A DNA stretch of 64,000 nt from positions 12,340,001-12,404,000 of the forward strand of contig NC_045696.1 of assembly GCF_009834535.1 (NCBI RefSeq), given 5' to 3'. Origin of the DNA: Camelus ferus. Its lineage: Eukaryota. The position numbers were made by a program, and so were the translations under genes. Positions 50,596 through 62,620 of this stretch are shown piece after piece. The notes beneath the pieces were generated by a model. That model was not told the DNA's origin. It made no database searches and saw only the letters and a list, made by a program, of their open reading frames with translations. Positions within the stretch are counted from its first letter, which is position 1. Each line of letters begins with the position of its first letter.

Positions 50596-51029
50596 ATAGA
50601 AAAGAAGCAGGAAGCTATAGAAATGAGAAAAACATAATTGGAAGTGTAATAACTACAATGAGTTGAAAGAGAATAAACATGTAGATGTTAAAAAAAAAAG
50701 GACATAAAAATCATAAAAGGTGGGAGAGAAGAGCAAGAAAATATAGATTTATTTCTTTCTCTTCTTTTTTTTTTTTCTTTGTTCTTTTTAGGAACAAAGC
50801 TTTTTTGGAGCTTACATAATTATCAGTCTGAAGCAAATAGATACAGTAATGGGTTGACGTATTTGAAAAACAGGGTAACCAAAAATCAAAAGCATATAAT
50901 AGAGCCACAAAAACCAAAAAGAAACTAAACTAATACAAAAGAAATTTATCAAACCACAAAAAGAAAACCAAAAAGGAAAAGAAAGGAACAAAGAAGAAAT
51001 ACCAAATCAACTGGAAAACAAAATTCAAA

Positions 51030-54000
51030 ATGGCAATACACACACATCTATCAATAATTACTATAAATATCAATGGACTAAATGCTCCAATTAAAAGACA
51101 CAGAGTGGCAGATTGGATAATAAAACAAAAGCTACAATATGTTTCCTACAAAGACACACTTTAGAGAGAAAGACACACAAAGACTGAAGATGAGAGGATG
51201 GAAAAAGATATTTCATGCAAATAGAAATAACAAGAAAGCAAGAGTAGCAATACTCATATCAGACAAAATCAATTTTAAATAAAAGGTCATAAAGAAACAT
51301 AAGGAAGGACACTACATAATGATCAAAGGATCATTACAAGATGAGGATATTATACTCATTAATATATATGCACCCAATATAGGAGCACCTGAATATATAA
51401 AACAGATACTGACAGACATAAAAGGAGGAACTGATGGGAATACAATAAAATAGGAGACTTTAACACACCACTAACATCATTGGACAGGTCTTCCAGATAG
51501 AAAGTCAATAAGGCAATGGAGATACTAAATGACACAATAGAACAGTTGGAATTGACTGATATATTTTTAGGACTTTATATCCCCCTAAAACAGAATATAC
51601 ATTCTTTTCAAGTGTTCATGGAACATTTTCTAGGATAGATAACATACTTGGGCACAGAAGAAGCCTCAACAAATTTAAGAGGTAAAAATTATTTCAAGCA
51701 TCTTCTCTGACCACAATGGAATGAAACTAGAAATCAACCACAGAAAAACAAATGAGAAAAAAATGACAGTATGGACATTAAACAACATGCTATTAAAAAA
51801 AAAAAAAAAACAACAGGTCAATGATGAAATCAAAAGAGAAATTAAAAATACCTTGAGACAAATGATAATGAAAACACAACCACACAGAATCTATGGGATG
51901 CAACATAAGCTGTCCTTAGAGGGAAGTTCATAGTGATACAGGCCTTCCTCAAAAAACAAGAACAATCTCAAATAAACAACCTAACTTATCACCTAGAAGA
52001 ATTAGAAAAAGAAGAACAAACAAAACCTAAAACCTAAAGTCAGCAGAAGGAAAGAAATAATAAAGATCAGAGATCAACCCAAGAGCTGGTTTTTTGAAAG
52101 AGTAAACAAATCTGACAAACCTCTAGCCAGGCTCACCAAGAAGAAAAGAGAGAGGATACAAATAAACTAAGAAATTAAAATGGAGAAATTACAAACAACA
52201 CCACAGAAATAAACAAGTAGTAAGAGAATACTATGAACTACCATATACAATAAATTGGACAACTTAGGAGAAATGCCCAAGTTCCTAGAAACATACAGTC
52301 CACCAAAACTGAATCAAGAAGAAATAGATCACTTGAACAGACCAAGAGTGAAGTAGAATCAGCAATAAAAAACCACCCTGCAAACAAAAGTCTAAGGCTA
52401 GATGGTGCCACTACGGAATTCCATCAAACATACAAAGAAGATCTCATATCGATCCTTCTTAAGCTTGTCCAAAAGACTGAAGAGAAGAAAATACTCCCAA
52501 ACTCATTCTATGAAGCAATCATCACCCTGATACCAAAGCCAGACAAAAAGAAAACTATAGGCCAATATTGTTGATGAACATAGATACAAAAATCCTTAAC
52601 AAAGTATTAGGAAACAGAATCCAACAACACATAAAAAAGATTATACACCATGATCAGGTTGGATTCATCCCAGGGACACAAGGATGGTCCAACATACACA
52701 AATCAATCAACATGATATACTACGAGAGAGAGGGCAAAAATCACATGATCATCTCAATAGATGCAGAAAAAGGATTTGATAACAACACCCACTTATGATA
52801 AAAACTTTAACCAAAGTGGGTATAGAGGGAACATATCTCAACATAATAAAAACTAGTTCTGACAACCCACAACCAGCATAATACTCAATGGTGAAAAGCT
52901 GAAAGCCTTCCCACTAAAAGCTAGAATAAGATAAGGATGCCCACTCTCACCACTTCTATTCAATATAGTATTGGAAGTCCTAACCAACATGGTTAGACAA
53001 GAAAAAAGAAATAAAAGAAATCCAAATTGGAAGAGAAGAGGTAAAATCGTCATTACATGTGGATGACATGGTACCATATATAGAAAATCCTAAAGGCTCC
53101 ACACAAAAACTACTAGAGCTTATAAAAGAATTCAGCAAGGTAGCAAGATACAAGATTAACACACAGAATTCAGTGGCATTTCTTTACACTAACAGTGAAA
53201 TATCAGTAAAAGAAAATAAAGAAACAATTGCTTTTAACATTGCATCCAAAAAATAAAATACTTAGAAATAAATCTGACCAAGGAAGTGATAGACTTACAT
53301 GTAGAGAAGTATAAAACATGGATTAAGGAAATTAAAGATGATTTAAAGAAATGGAAATAGTATCCCATGTTCTTGGATGGGAAGAATCAATATTATTAAA
53401 TTGGCCATGCTACCCAAAGCAATCAACAGATTTAATGCAATCCCTATCAAATTGCCCAGGACATTTTTCACAGAACTAGAACAAATAATCCTAAAATTTA
53501 TATGGAATCAAAAAAGACTCAGAGTCATCAAAGCAATACTGAAGAAAAAGAGCAAAGGTGGAGGAATAACCCTCACAGACTTCAGCCAATATTACAAATC
53601 TACAGTAATCAAAACAGCATAGTATCAGTACAAAAACAGACATATGGACCAATGGAACACAATACACAGCCCAGAAATAAACCCACAAACTTTTGGTCAA
53701 TTAATCTTTGACAAAGGAGGCAAGAACATACCATACAGTCTCTTCAGCAAATGGTGCGGGGAAAACTGGACAGCAGCATGTAAATCAACAAAGCTAGAAC
53801 ACTCCCTTACACCATATACAAAAATAAACTCAAAATGGATTAAGACTTAAACATAAAACATGACATTATAAACCTCTTAGAAGAAAACACATGCAAAACA
53901 TTATCCGACATAAATCTCAGCAATGTTCTCCTAGGGCAGTCTACCCAGGCAACAAAAGTAAAAGCAAAAATAAACAAATTGGACCTAATTAAACTTATAA

Positions 54001-54764
54001 GCTTTTGCACAGCAAAGGAAACCGTAAGTGAAACAGAAAGACAACCTACAGAATGGGAGAAAATATTTGCAAAAGATAAGTCTGATAAGGGCTTAATCTC
54101 CAGAATATATAAACAGCTCATACAACTTAATAAGAAAAAACAAACAACCCAGTCCAAAAATGGGCAGAAGACCTAAACAAGCAATTCTCCAATGAAGATA
54201 TATGAACAGCCAATAGGCACATGAAGAAATGTTCAGTATCTAATTATCAGAGAAATGCAAATCAAAACCACAGTGAGGTTTCACCTTACACCAATCAAAA
54301 TGGCCATCATTCAAATGTCCACAAACGATAAACGCTGGAGAGGCTGTGGAGAAAAGGGAACCCTCCCACACTGTTGATGGGAATGTAGTTTGGGGCAGCC
54401 ATTATAGAAAACAGTATGGAGATTCCTCAAAAGACTAAAAGTAGATTTATCATATGACCCAGCAACTCCACTCCTGGCCATACATCCAGAGGGAACCTTA
54501 ATTCAAAAAGATACTTGCACCCCAATATTCATAGCAGCACTATTTACAATAGCTGACACTTGGAAAAACATAAATGTCCATCAGCAGATGACTGGATAAA
54601 GAAGTTGTGGTATATTTGTACAATGGGATCCTACTCGGCCATAAAAAATAATAACATATGCCATTTGTAGCAACACAATGGACCCGGAAATTGTCATTCT
54701 AAGTGAAGTAAGCAAGAGAAGGAAAGAAAAATTCCATATAATATCACTTACAAGTGGAATTTAA
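51030..54764 (+). pseudogene. L1 ORF2p endonuclease/reverse transcriptase (disrupted)
   Basis: NINGLNAPIKRHR and SDHN (EN), [21 protein letters not shown], catalytic motif degenerated to HVDDM (~53056), GRINIIK…LPKAI, terminal ISLTSGI*. Many stops and frameshifts. Confidence 0.95.
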
Positions 54765-55077
54765 AAAAAAAATAAATAAAAAGACAAATGAACTTATTTA
54801 CAAAACAGAAGCAGGCTCACAGACATAGAAAACAAACCAAGAGGGGAAGGGGGTTGGAAGGAGTAAATTGGGAGTTCAGTATTTGCAGATAATAACTAAT
54901 AAATATAAAAGAGATAAACAAGAAGTTCATACTGTATAGCATAGGGAACAATATTCAATATCTTTTGTACTAACTCATGCTGAAAAAGAACATGAAAATG
55001 AATATATGTATGTTCATGTAAGACTGGAGCATTATGCTGTACACCAGAAATTTATACATTGTAAACTGACTATACTT

Positions 55078-55119
<42 letters not shown>

Positions 55120-56679
55120 AGAAAAGAGAGAAAGAGAGAGAGAAAATGGCATTTCAGAGGACCAGAAGGAAAGAAGAAGAGTGTTGATCAGAATTTATGG
55201 CCCCAGTGAAGCAAACAGTTACATCCTAAGAGATGAAAGAAAACAGAAGCTGTCTAATTCAATCTCTTTGTTGTGCAAATAAGAAAATTGAGTAAGAAAA
55301 ACACAATGTTCTACCTAAAGCCATTTGATGAAGAGTAAGACTAAGGATGAAACCCAAAGAATGGTGCTCCCAGTTCAGTTCCCTCTCTACCCTATGAAGG
55401 AAGATCCCCACACATTAATAAAATTCTCCACAAAATAAACAGGAACAGATGGCACCATTATAAAAATCTAATGGTCATTGAGTTTTACCCATGAGAGCTA
55501 CGTCTTTCTATATATTTAATTAGTAATGTCCTAAAATAGATGAATTAACCTACTCACTAAGTTAATTTTATATTTTCAGGGCAAGGATTTCAACTCTATT
55601 ATTTACAGAATGTTCTTTTAAAAAACAGAAATGTCCATAACACATTCATATCAGTTTGAGCATTGTATCCTGTCATCCACCACAAAGTGAGACAGAAAAA
55701 TACATTTCCACTTTGTAAAGATGGGGCCACCAACATAAGAGATCACAATTCTAGATTCTTTCTAACAACACTCAAATCCAAAACTGATTTTTTCATCTCA
55801 GTTTCCCCCCTTGATTATTCATTACTTGGCACAAAAGAAACATGCAACATTTCTTCTTTCTCTCAGGAACATCTTTGAAAGGTGAGCAGTGTATCAAACA
55901 AAAATCACATTGACTACAATCTAACTGGAAACCACGTGGTCCTGACTTTTGTTGCTGTCCTTTCTTCTCTCTGCTAGTGCCATATCCAAAATGTACAATC
56001 TGCTAGAGAGTATCTAGCTTTGCTCCAGGGACACTCTGGTGGCAAGAAACCACTTCGGGAATATAATTCTAGAGTTCTCACAAAAGCAAATTTCTCATCT
56101 TTGGGAAGCTTGTCAGCACTCAGGCTGCAAGTATCTAGGCAACTGTGAGATGAAGCACAAGGCTGGTCATAGGGCAGGAGGAAAAAGATGATAAGAATCA
56201 ATGAATCACTTAAATAAATCAGACCCATGATCCACTTGCCTAAGCACCGCTCTTGCTGTAGCATCGATTATAACCAGCAGAATTGTGAATAATGAGAAGC
56301 GTACACTCAGCACCTTCTGGATACTTACCCTTTTTGTTTCTCCTAACTGCCTGTCACCCAGTCCCAGATCTGTTTCTGCATCCCTGATCACACTCAGGAA
56401 TCTGTCCTTCCACATCCACCACCTTGCTCATCCTCTCCCAACTCCCCTTCCCCATAGGGCATCATTCATCTGAAAAGGAAAGTGACTTGTAGCCAGACTT
56501 CACATGCTCACTCTCCCATAGGCATTTGATATCTCCAAAAAGACACTTATTAATTCTAAGAAATGAATTACTAGGGCTGGTATTTGGGCTGAGATGTTTA
56601 GGGGCTCAAAGAACTTCTCAACACTGGACATTACACTAGATGAGTTTTCCCCATAAGAAGACAGACTCAGCTTTAGGGT

Positions 56680-56880
56680 AGAGTTAGAATGATGGAAATC
56701 ACCTGAATTTAGACCAGGACATTTGGGACACTGATTCTGGTTCCCCAAAGTGAGATCCAAGTAAATCATTTTACCTCCTCCTCCTCCATTTATTCATCCA
56801 TGAAACAGGTTTCAGAATACTTACCTCAAACCCTTTCATGAAGATCATGAAATTAATACATAAGCAGAAGCATCTGACAT
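56680..56880 (+). mobile_element. MIR SINE (decayed)
   Basis: gaatttagaccaggacatttggg…gtaaatcattttacctc…tattcatccatgaaacagg…aatacttacctca. Confidence 0.55.
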
Positions 56881-56973
56881 CACCTTAATTATGGAAATTT
56901 ATTTTCTTCACTGATGTCAATCATTAGGGAAAGGCATCCTAGTGATTCTAGCTTTTTAAAGGATTCTTCTAAA

Positions 56974-57146
56974 GTGGAGGTTGGCAAACTTTAAAAAGCT
57001 AGATAGTAAATCATTTTGGCTTTGCAGACCATACAGTCCATTCAACTATGAAACTCTACTGTTGTAGTGAGGAAGCAGCCACAGGTGATACGTAAACAAA
57101 TGGACACGTCTAGATTTGGCTCATAAGTCGTATTTTGCCAGTCCCC
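56974..57146 (+). mobile_element. MER58A-like hAT MITE
   Basis: gaggttggcaaacttt…agatagtaaatcattttggctttgcagaccatacagtc…gatttggctcataagtcgtattttgccagtcccc. Confidence 0.85.
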
Positions 57147-58469
57147 GTTGCAAAGACAAAGTGCCAAAATAGGGATGGATATTCATTACAAATATGAAAG
57201 AGCCAAGGCATTTATTGTGAAACTAATTATTCATTCTTCCATCTCTTAGAACAAACAATATACTTGACGTTACCTGTTTCCTTGACATTCACCCTAGTTA
57301 CCACATAAACTAGTTGTCTAACAAGTAGCCCATAAGCAGACATAGAGGTGATGTGTATTCTTAAGTAAGTGCAAACTGTTCTCTACTCAATGTTCCCATG
57401 CCTTTGTGGGCAGCCCTCCCCTCAATGCCAAAATGCCAGGAATAGCTCTGGTGAGAAGCAGCTTGCTGGTCAACCCTTCTCACATTCTTTCTAGGTGTAA
57501 CAGAGGATGAAGCTTTAATGAGGGAGAAAGGAGCTGATGGCACAGGGTTTCTGGTGTGAAGACTTCCAGACAGTGGCTCTCCTGTTTTAGAGTAACTCAG
57601 TCCCTACCATCACATCCTGTATTTCCACACTGCCAAATGCATGATTGCTGTGTGTTCTGATTACCTCTTTGGCTACCTGCTAATCTCTCCCTTACTCCCT
57701 GCTCTGGAGCCCCACTGTAGAACTTCTGTCATTGTCTCTGCTCTAACCAGCAGTGGCAGGACCCACCAGGAAATGCTAAAGAACAAAGGAATTAGAATCC
57801 AAGTTATTTTTAGATTGTACTCTTCTGGAGTTGGTAGTGTCAGATCAGAGTGTCTAACTCAGTAACTCTTCAACAAGGGTGCTTTAATGATCAGGGGGTT
57901 CCCACCTTCTGTCCTCTACCCTGTTCCCCTCAATCCATCCAAACACTGGTTCCAGGCATAACCGGTCACCATGTTCAGAGAGGAAAACACACAAACAAAA
58001 ACAAAATTTTAAAATCTCTCCATCTCTGTGTGTGTTACAATCATTGAGTCTACAACACACTTTTACCTTGTTTGCATCTCCCAAAGACTTAGATGGTACA
58101 AGTGCTTTTCTTTCATTCACTTTAACCCTCTCTATCTAAGAATCTGGCAGCTGTGGATAAGTGCTGGGGTGGAAGGCAGTCCAGACAGACCCACACAAGT
58201 AAATATAAAGCTGAGATCCTGTGCTGTGACATGCCTCCCTGGGCAAAGTGGATGGTCAGGCTTGTAACTCTTCTACCTCCTGACTCTTTCACAAAGCTTC
58301 ACTCATCTTTCCTCTCCAAACTCACTGGCATTACACAAGCATCTTATTTATAATCTGGAACATGATCCTTCTAGCTAATCTCTCCTGCATCTTAGTTTGC
58401 CCCATTTCATGTCCCCTCCACCATTAAAACTGTTTTATTGAAAACACCAACCTGTCTGTCCTTTCTTTG

Positions 58470-58670
58470 GTAGGTGTGTGACCTGGGGGCCACCATCATC
58501 AAAACAAGCAGGGAAACTAGTTTAAATGCATATTCTTGAGCTCCACCCTTGGAAATACTGAATTACAGTCCAGGGGTGGGGCTTAGCAATCTGCACACCT
58601 TCATTTCTTCACCTCCCCTCCTCCCCACCCAGTAATTCTCTTATATGCTAAGTGTTAGAACCACTGGCTT
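58470..58670. mobile_element. MER5-like MITE
   Basis: gtttaaatgcatattcttgagctccaccc…actgaattac…ggggtggggcttagcaatctgca…agaaccactg. Confidence 0.65.
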
Positions 58671-59773
58671 AGAGGGAAAGAGCTCATCTCCAGAAACGAC
58701 CTGCCCTCTTATTGCATGTTCACACAGTGTCAAACTGGTCCCCTGGCCATTTCTCCTTCCCTCGTAGGTCAGGCAGAAACGTGATGGAGATGGAGCTGGT
58801 CGTCGCGGCAGCTGAGTGTTCCTCTGGGTTTTTTTCTGGAAGCATAGGCTCGGACTCTCGGAGGTGCTGTTTGTTTTCTTGACTTTTGGAGGAGGGATCT
58901 TTCCCCCAACAAGCCTAGGCGCTACCCTACACCCCCTCCCACCTCATGCTTTCACACGTTACCAGTGTGTGGGTGAACGTGGCCGACTGTGGGAGGACAT
59001 GAACTTGAATCATGAGCCTTCCAGTGGCGCTATCTGTTGACATCCAGTGGGAAGGCTGATGGCAAAAGGGGTGACTTCATCGAAACCTTGCATTCACTAT
59101 CTCGAAAGCTCCTCTGACAGCAGGGACAGGGTCTGCATGCCCGGGGAACTAGGTTTGTGACTAGCTCAATACATATTTGCTGATTTAATGAAAAATAGAC
59201 AGAAGCAATCAGTCAAGAAATGAACAAATGCATAAAAAGCCCAGACTCAGGGAGAGAGTGGGCTGAATACCTTGCAAAGCATTTGTGTTATTCACAGGCA
59301 TGATTTTTGACAGAGTAATTCAGCACATCTGCTTGTTGGTTTGCTCTTTGGGAGTGAAATTCTGGAAAAGATTGAGGATAAGAAATCGTATGAATTCTAC
59401 TCTCTTTCTGTGATATTCCTTCTGTGATCTGACTATCAACCAAAGCCAATAAATAGTAAACTTCTAATTTATTCATTATTCCTACTGTTGAAATGATGAC
59501 AAGGCTCCAACATAAAGCTTCCCTCATCATTCTGGATAAGCAGAACATTCTTTAGAAGCTTATGAGTGTTGGGGTGTGGGCCTGTGGTGCGTAATGTGGG
59601 GGGAAGGATCATGAAGTCCTGGAAAAAGTAATACTATGAAACCCAAAAAGTAAACTGCACCTTTTTCAGCAAAGTTGGAAATTGATGGCGTGTAACTCTG
59701 AAGGGCCTAGCAGTAGCTATTATTTCCATCCAGGCTATTATTAACTGGTAATATTTTCTCTAGTAAACATTCA

Positions 59774-59787
59774 GTTGCCATAGCAAC
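59774..59787. promoter_or_regulatory. RFX X-box motif with adjacent forkhead site (59763-59769)
   Basis: GTTGCCATAGCAAC fits the RFX consensus GTNRCC(N0-3)RGYAAC. GTAAACA lies 4 bp upstream, in non-repeat sequence. Confidence 0.55.
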
Positions 59788-60154
59788 GGGAGTCATGGCG
59801 CATGGACACAAGGGCTCCCTGGCTTTGCCAGAGAAATGGATGGTGCTTTAAACGAATTTTAGAAAATGCAAAGAGACTTGCCAAAAATTATCTTGGTAAT
59901 ACTAAACTCAATTTTTACTAGAGAGACAAAGGAAAGAAGAGGACTGGGATAAAGGGGAACTTCACAAAGCCCACTTCTGTTCCACTGCATCTGGTACCTT
60001 CTCAGCAAGCACAGAAGTGTCCTTCCTCATACCTGAGCCAAACCCTCCACTGTGCTCCAGGGGTCAACCCATACCTGCCTTACAATGTCAAATGTTGCTT
60101 CTAAATCCTCTAGCCTCAGTCTCTTCACCCATTACACCTCCCCATGGATCTCTT

Positions 60155-61050
60155 TTAAATTATCATTTGTATTGACATGCAGCGTGCCTGTAAAACATAA
60201 CAATCATAAGGATGCAGCTCCATAAACTATTTCAAAGTGGACAGAAAACACACCTATGCACCCACTACATAGTCAAAAAGTAAAATATGGCAGTACCCAG
60301 GAAAGCCTGTCTAAACCCTAGTCTATACACTAGTCCCCTCACCTTAAAGATAATCACTATAAGTTAATTTTCCTGGTGTTTGAAATTTATATAAATTGAC
60401 ATTCACATGACAGACTCTAGTGTCTAGCCTTATCGAATTACAAATACAGTCAATAGAATTGCCCCTACTGTTGCATGGAAGAAAAGAATGCTCATTTCAT
60501 TGCTGTGTTGGTTCCCTAAGACTGCTATAACCACAAACTGGGTGGCTTAACAGAAGTTTATTGTCTCAGAGTTTGGGAGGCTAGAGGTCCAAGGTCAAGG
60601 TTTCATCAGGGCTGATTCCTTGCAAAGGAAAATCTGTTCCATGCTCCTCTCTCAGCTTCTCATGACTTGCTGGCAATCTTTGGCACTTCAGCCCTGTAGA
60701 TGTGTCATTCTGTTCTCTGCCTCCATGTCCAGGTGGCATTCTCCCTGCATGTGTCTCTCTCTCCACGAGGTATTCTTTTTATAAAGACACCAGTCATATT
60801 GGTTTAGGGGCCCAACCTACTTCAGTATGACTTCATCTTAAATAATTACATCTGCAATGACCTCTTTTCCAAATAAGGTCACATTCTAGGATACTGAGGG
60901 TTAGGAATCCAGCATATGACTTTGGAAGACAGCACAATTAAAGCTGTCAAGTACTACAAAGTATTCCATCATATAAATATACCACAATAATTTTATTCAT
61001 TCTACTGTTGATGGATATTTGGTAATTTCTAATTTGGGCTATTCTGTAAT
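60155..61050 (-). mobile_element. Old L1 (L1ME-like) 3' fragment split by an MLT1 LTR
   Basis: cacaatcataagg-like block, cacctatgcacccactacatagtcaaaaag…ctcatttcattgctgtg, resuming gtattccatcatataaatataccacaat…ttcattctactgttgatggatatttgg. Confidence 0.7.
60505..60950 (-). mobile_element. MaLR LTR, MLT1B/C-like
   Basis: ccacaaactgggtggcttaacagaagtttattgtctcag…aattacatctgcaatgacc…ttccaaataaggtcacattct. Confidence 0.88.
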
Positions 61051-61473
61051 GGGATCAGGGTTGATCTTTGACAAAATCAAAGAACATGAAGTTTACCTCT
61101 GACATCGCTTATTTCTTTGTTCTACGCTTCCCACTGTATATTTTCCTCCCTTCACAATGTCTCTTTTTCCTCTACAGGTTCTGTTCCTCTTCTAGCTGCT
61201 CAACAATTAATAACAATAAGGTGTGCTGATTTGGTCTTTGGAATTTACTCTTCTGTCCAAACTTCCCTTTAGAAGGAGATTCAAGAAATCCAGAAAGCAT
61301 TGAAATTTAATGGAATGCATCTCTAGGCTTGAACACCAGGATGTGGGAAATGTTTGGAGGAGGGTTGGCATGAGTTTCTCTCAAATCCAACAGGAAAACC
61401 AATGGAGACTTTCATTACACAATATGGCCCAGAGATAGTGTGCTGCAGATACCATATGATAAAATGATCATGG

Positions 61474-61830
61474 GTGTGTCAGCTACTGCCACAATAATGC
61501 TGCACAAAAAACGCCACTTCAAATATATGTAGCTTAGAACAACAATCATTTATTCTCACAGGTCTGAGCACCAGTCTCCACTCCTGATCAAAGCTGTAGG
61601 CTAGGTTCCAGTCTGCTCTATAAGCATTTGTCCTGAGGTCCAAATTTCAAAGGCAAGAAGGGCAAGGTTATTGTGCAAACACATTTCGAGCCTCTGTTCA
61701 CCTCACATCAGTTCACTATCTGACTAAGGTAAGTCACATGACTGAGTAAACAGAAGTGAGGCAGGGAGGTATATTCCTCTGTGGAGAGGAGGGGAGTGAA
61801 TATTGGCTGAACAAGAAAGTAATCTACCAC
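61474..61830 (-). mobile_element. MaLR LTR, MLT1H/I-like
   Basis: gtcagctactgccacaataatgctgc…acaacaatcatttattctcac…aagtcacatgactgag…gtaatctaccaca. Confidence 0.7.
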
Positions 61831-61988
61831 AGAAAAGATGAGAAGTTTCTATATTTAAATGACATGAGGTGGAGACAGAAACAAGCTGAAATGATTTGTC
61901 TGTGACTTGATGATTTTCTCAGATTTGCTAAGGATTTCCAGGCTGAATATCTTTCCTCTCTGATGAGCTGACAAGATAAAACGGTGAT

Positions 61989-62378
61989 TGCATTCATTTG
62001 CTAGGGCCGCCATAGCAAATACCGCAGACTGGGTGGCTTACACAATAGAAATTTATTGTCTCACAGCTCTGGAGGCTAGAAATCCAAGATCAAGGTGTTG
62101 AAAGGGTCGGTTTCTTCTGAGGCCTCTCTCCTTGGCTTGCAGATGACTGTCTTCTCCCTGTGTCCTCACGTGGTCTCCCTTCAGGGTGTGTCTGGGTCCA
62201 AATTTCCTCTGCTTATAAGGAAACCAGTCATATTGGATTAGGGCCCACCCTAATGACCTCATTTAAACTTAATTACTTTCTTAAAGACCTTACTTCCAAA
62301 TATAGTTACATTCTGAGGTACCAGAGTTTAGGATTTCACCATATGAATTTTGGGAGGGACAAAACTCAGCCCCTAACG
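61989..62378 (-). mobile_element. MaLR LTR, MLT1A/B-like
   Basis: tgcattcatttgctagggccgccatagcaaataccgcagactgggtggctta…aactcagcccctaacg. 5-bp TSD gtgat / gtgac. Confidence 0.92.
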
Positions 62379-62384
62379 GTGACC

Positions 62385-62620
62385 AAAAGCACAGGTTCTA
62401 GAATCAAACAGAAGTGGACTTGAATCCTGTACCTACCACTTTCTAACTGGATGACCAACTTTCCCAAACTCTCCAAGCCCCAGGTTTCCCATCTCTAAAA
62501 TTGGAGACCACGTATCTCCTCAGCAGGTTGCCTTGCAATTGCTTTTAGGAGCAAATGAAATAATACACATGAAATACTGTTACAGTGTCTGACACATGTT
62601 ATGAAACTCATAAATAACAA
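62385..62620 (+). mobile_element. MIR SINE
   Basis: agcacaggttctagaatcaaacaga…ttgaatcctgtacctaccactttctaactgg…caggtttcccatctctaaaattggag. Confidence 0.8.

Larger units (their letters stand above)
48094..55117 (+). mobile_element. Full-length, inactivated LINE-1 (~7.0 kb)
   Basis: 5' CAAGATGGC (YY1-type) start, ~1.6-kb 5'UTR, ORF1, spacer, ORF2 (EN, RT, C-terminus), 3'UTR and (TA)n tail. Degenerate TSD at 48073-48094 versus 55138-55159. Confidence 0.95.
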
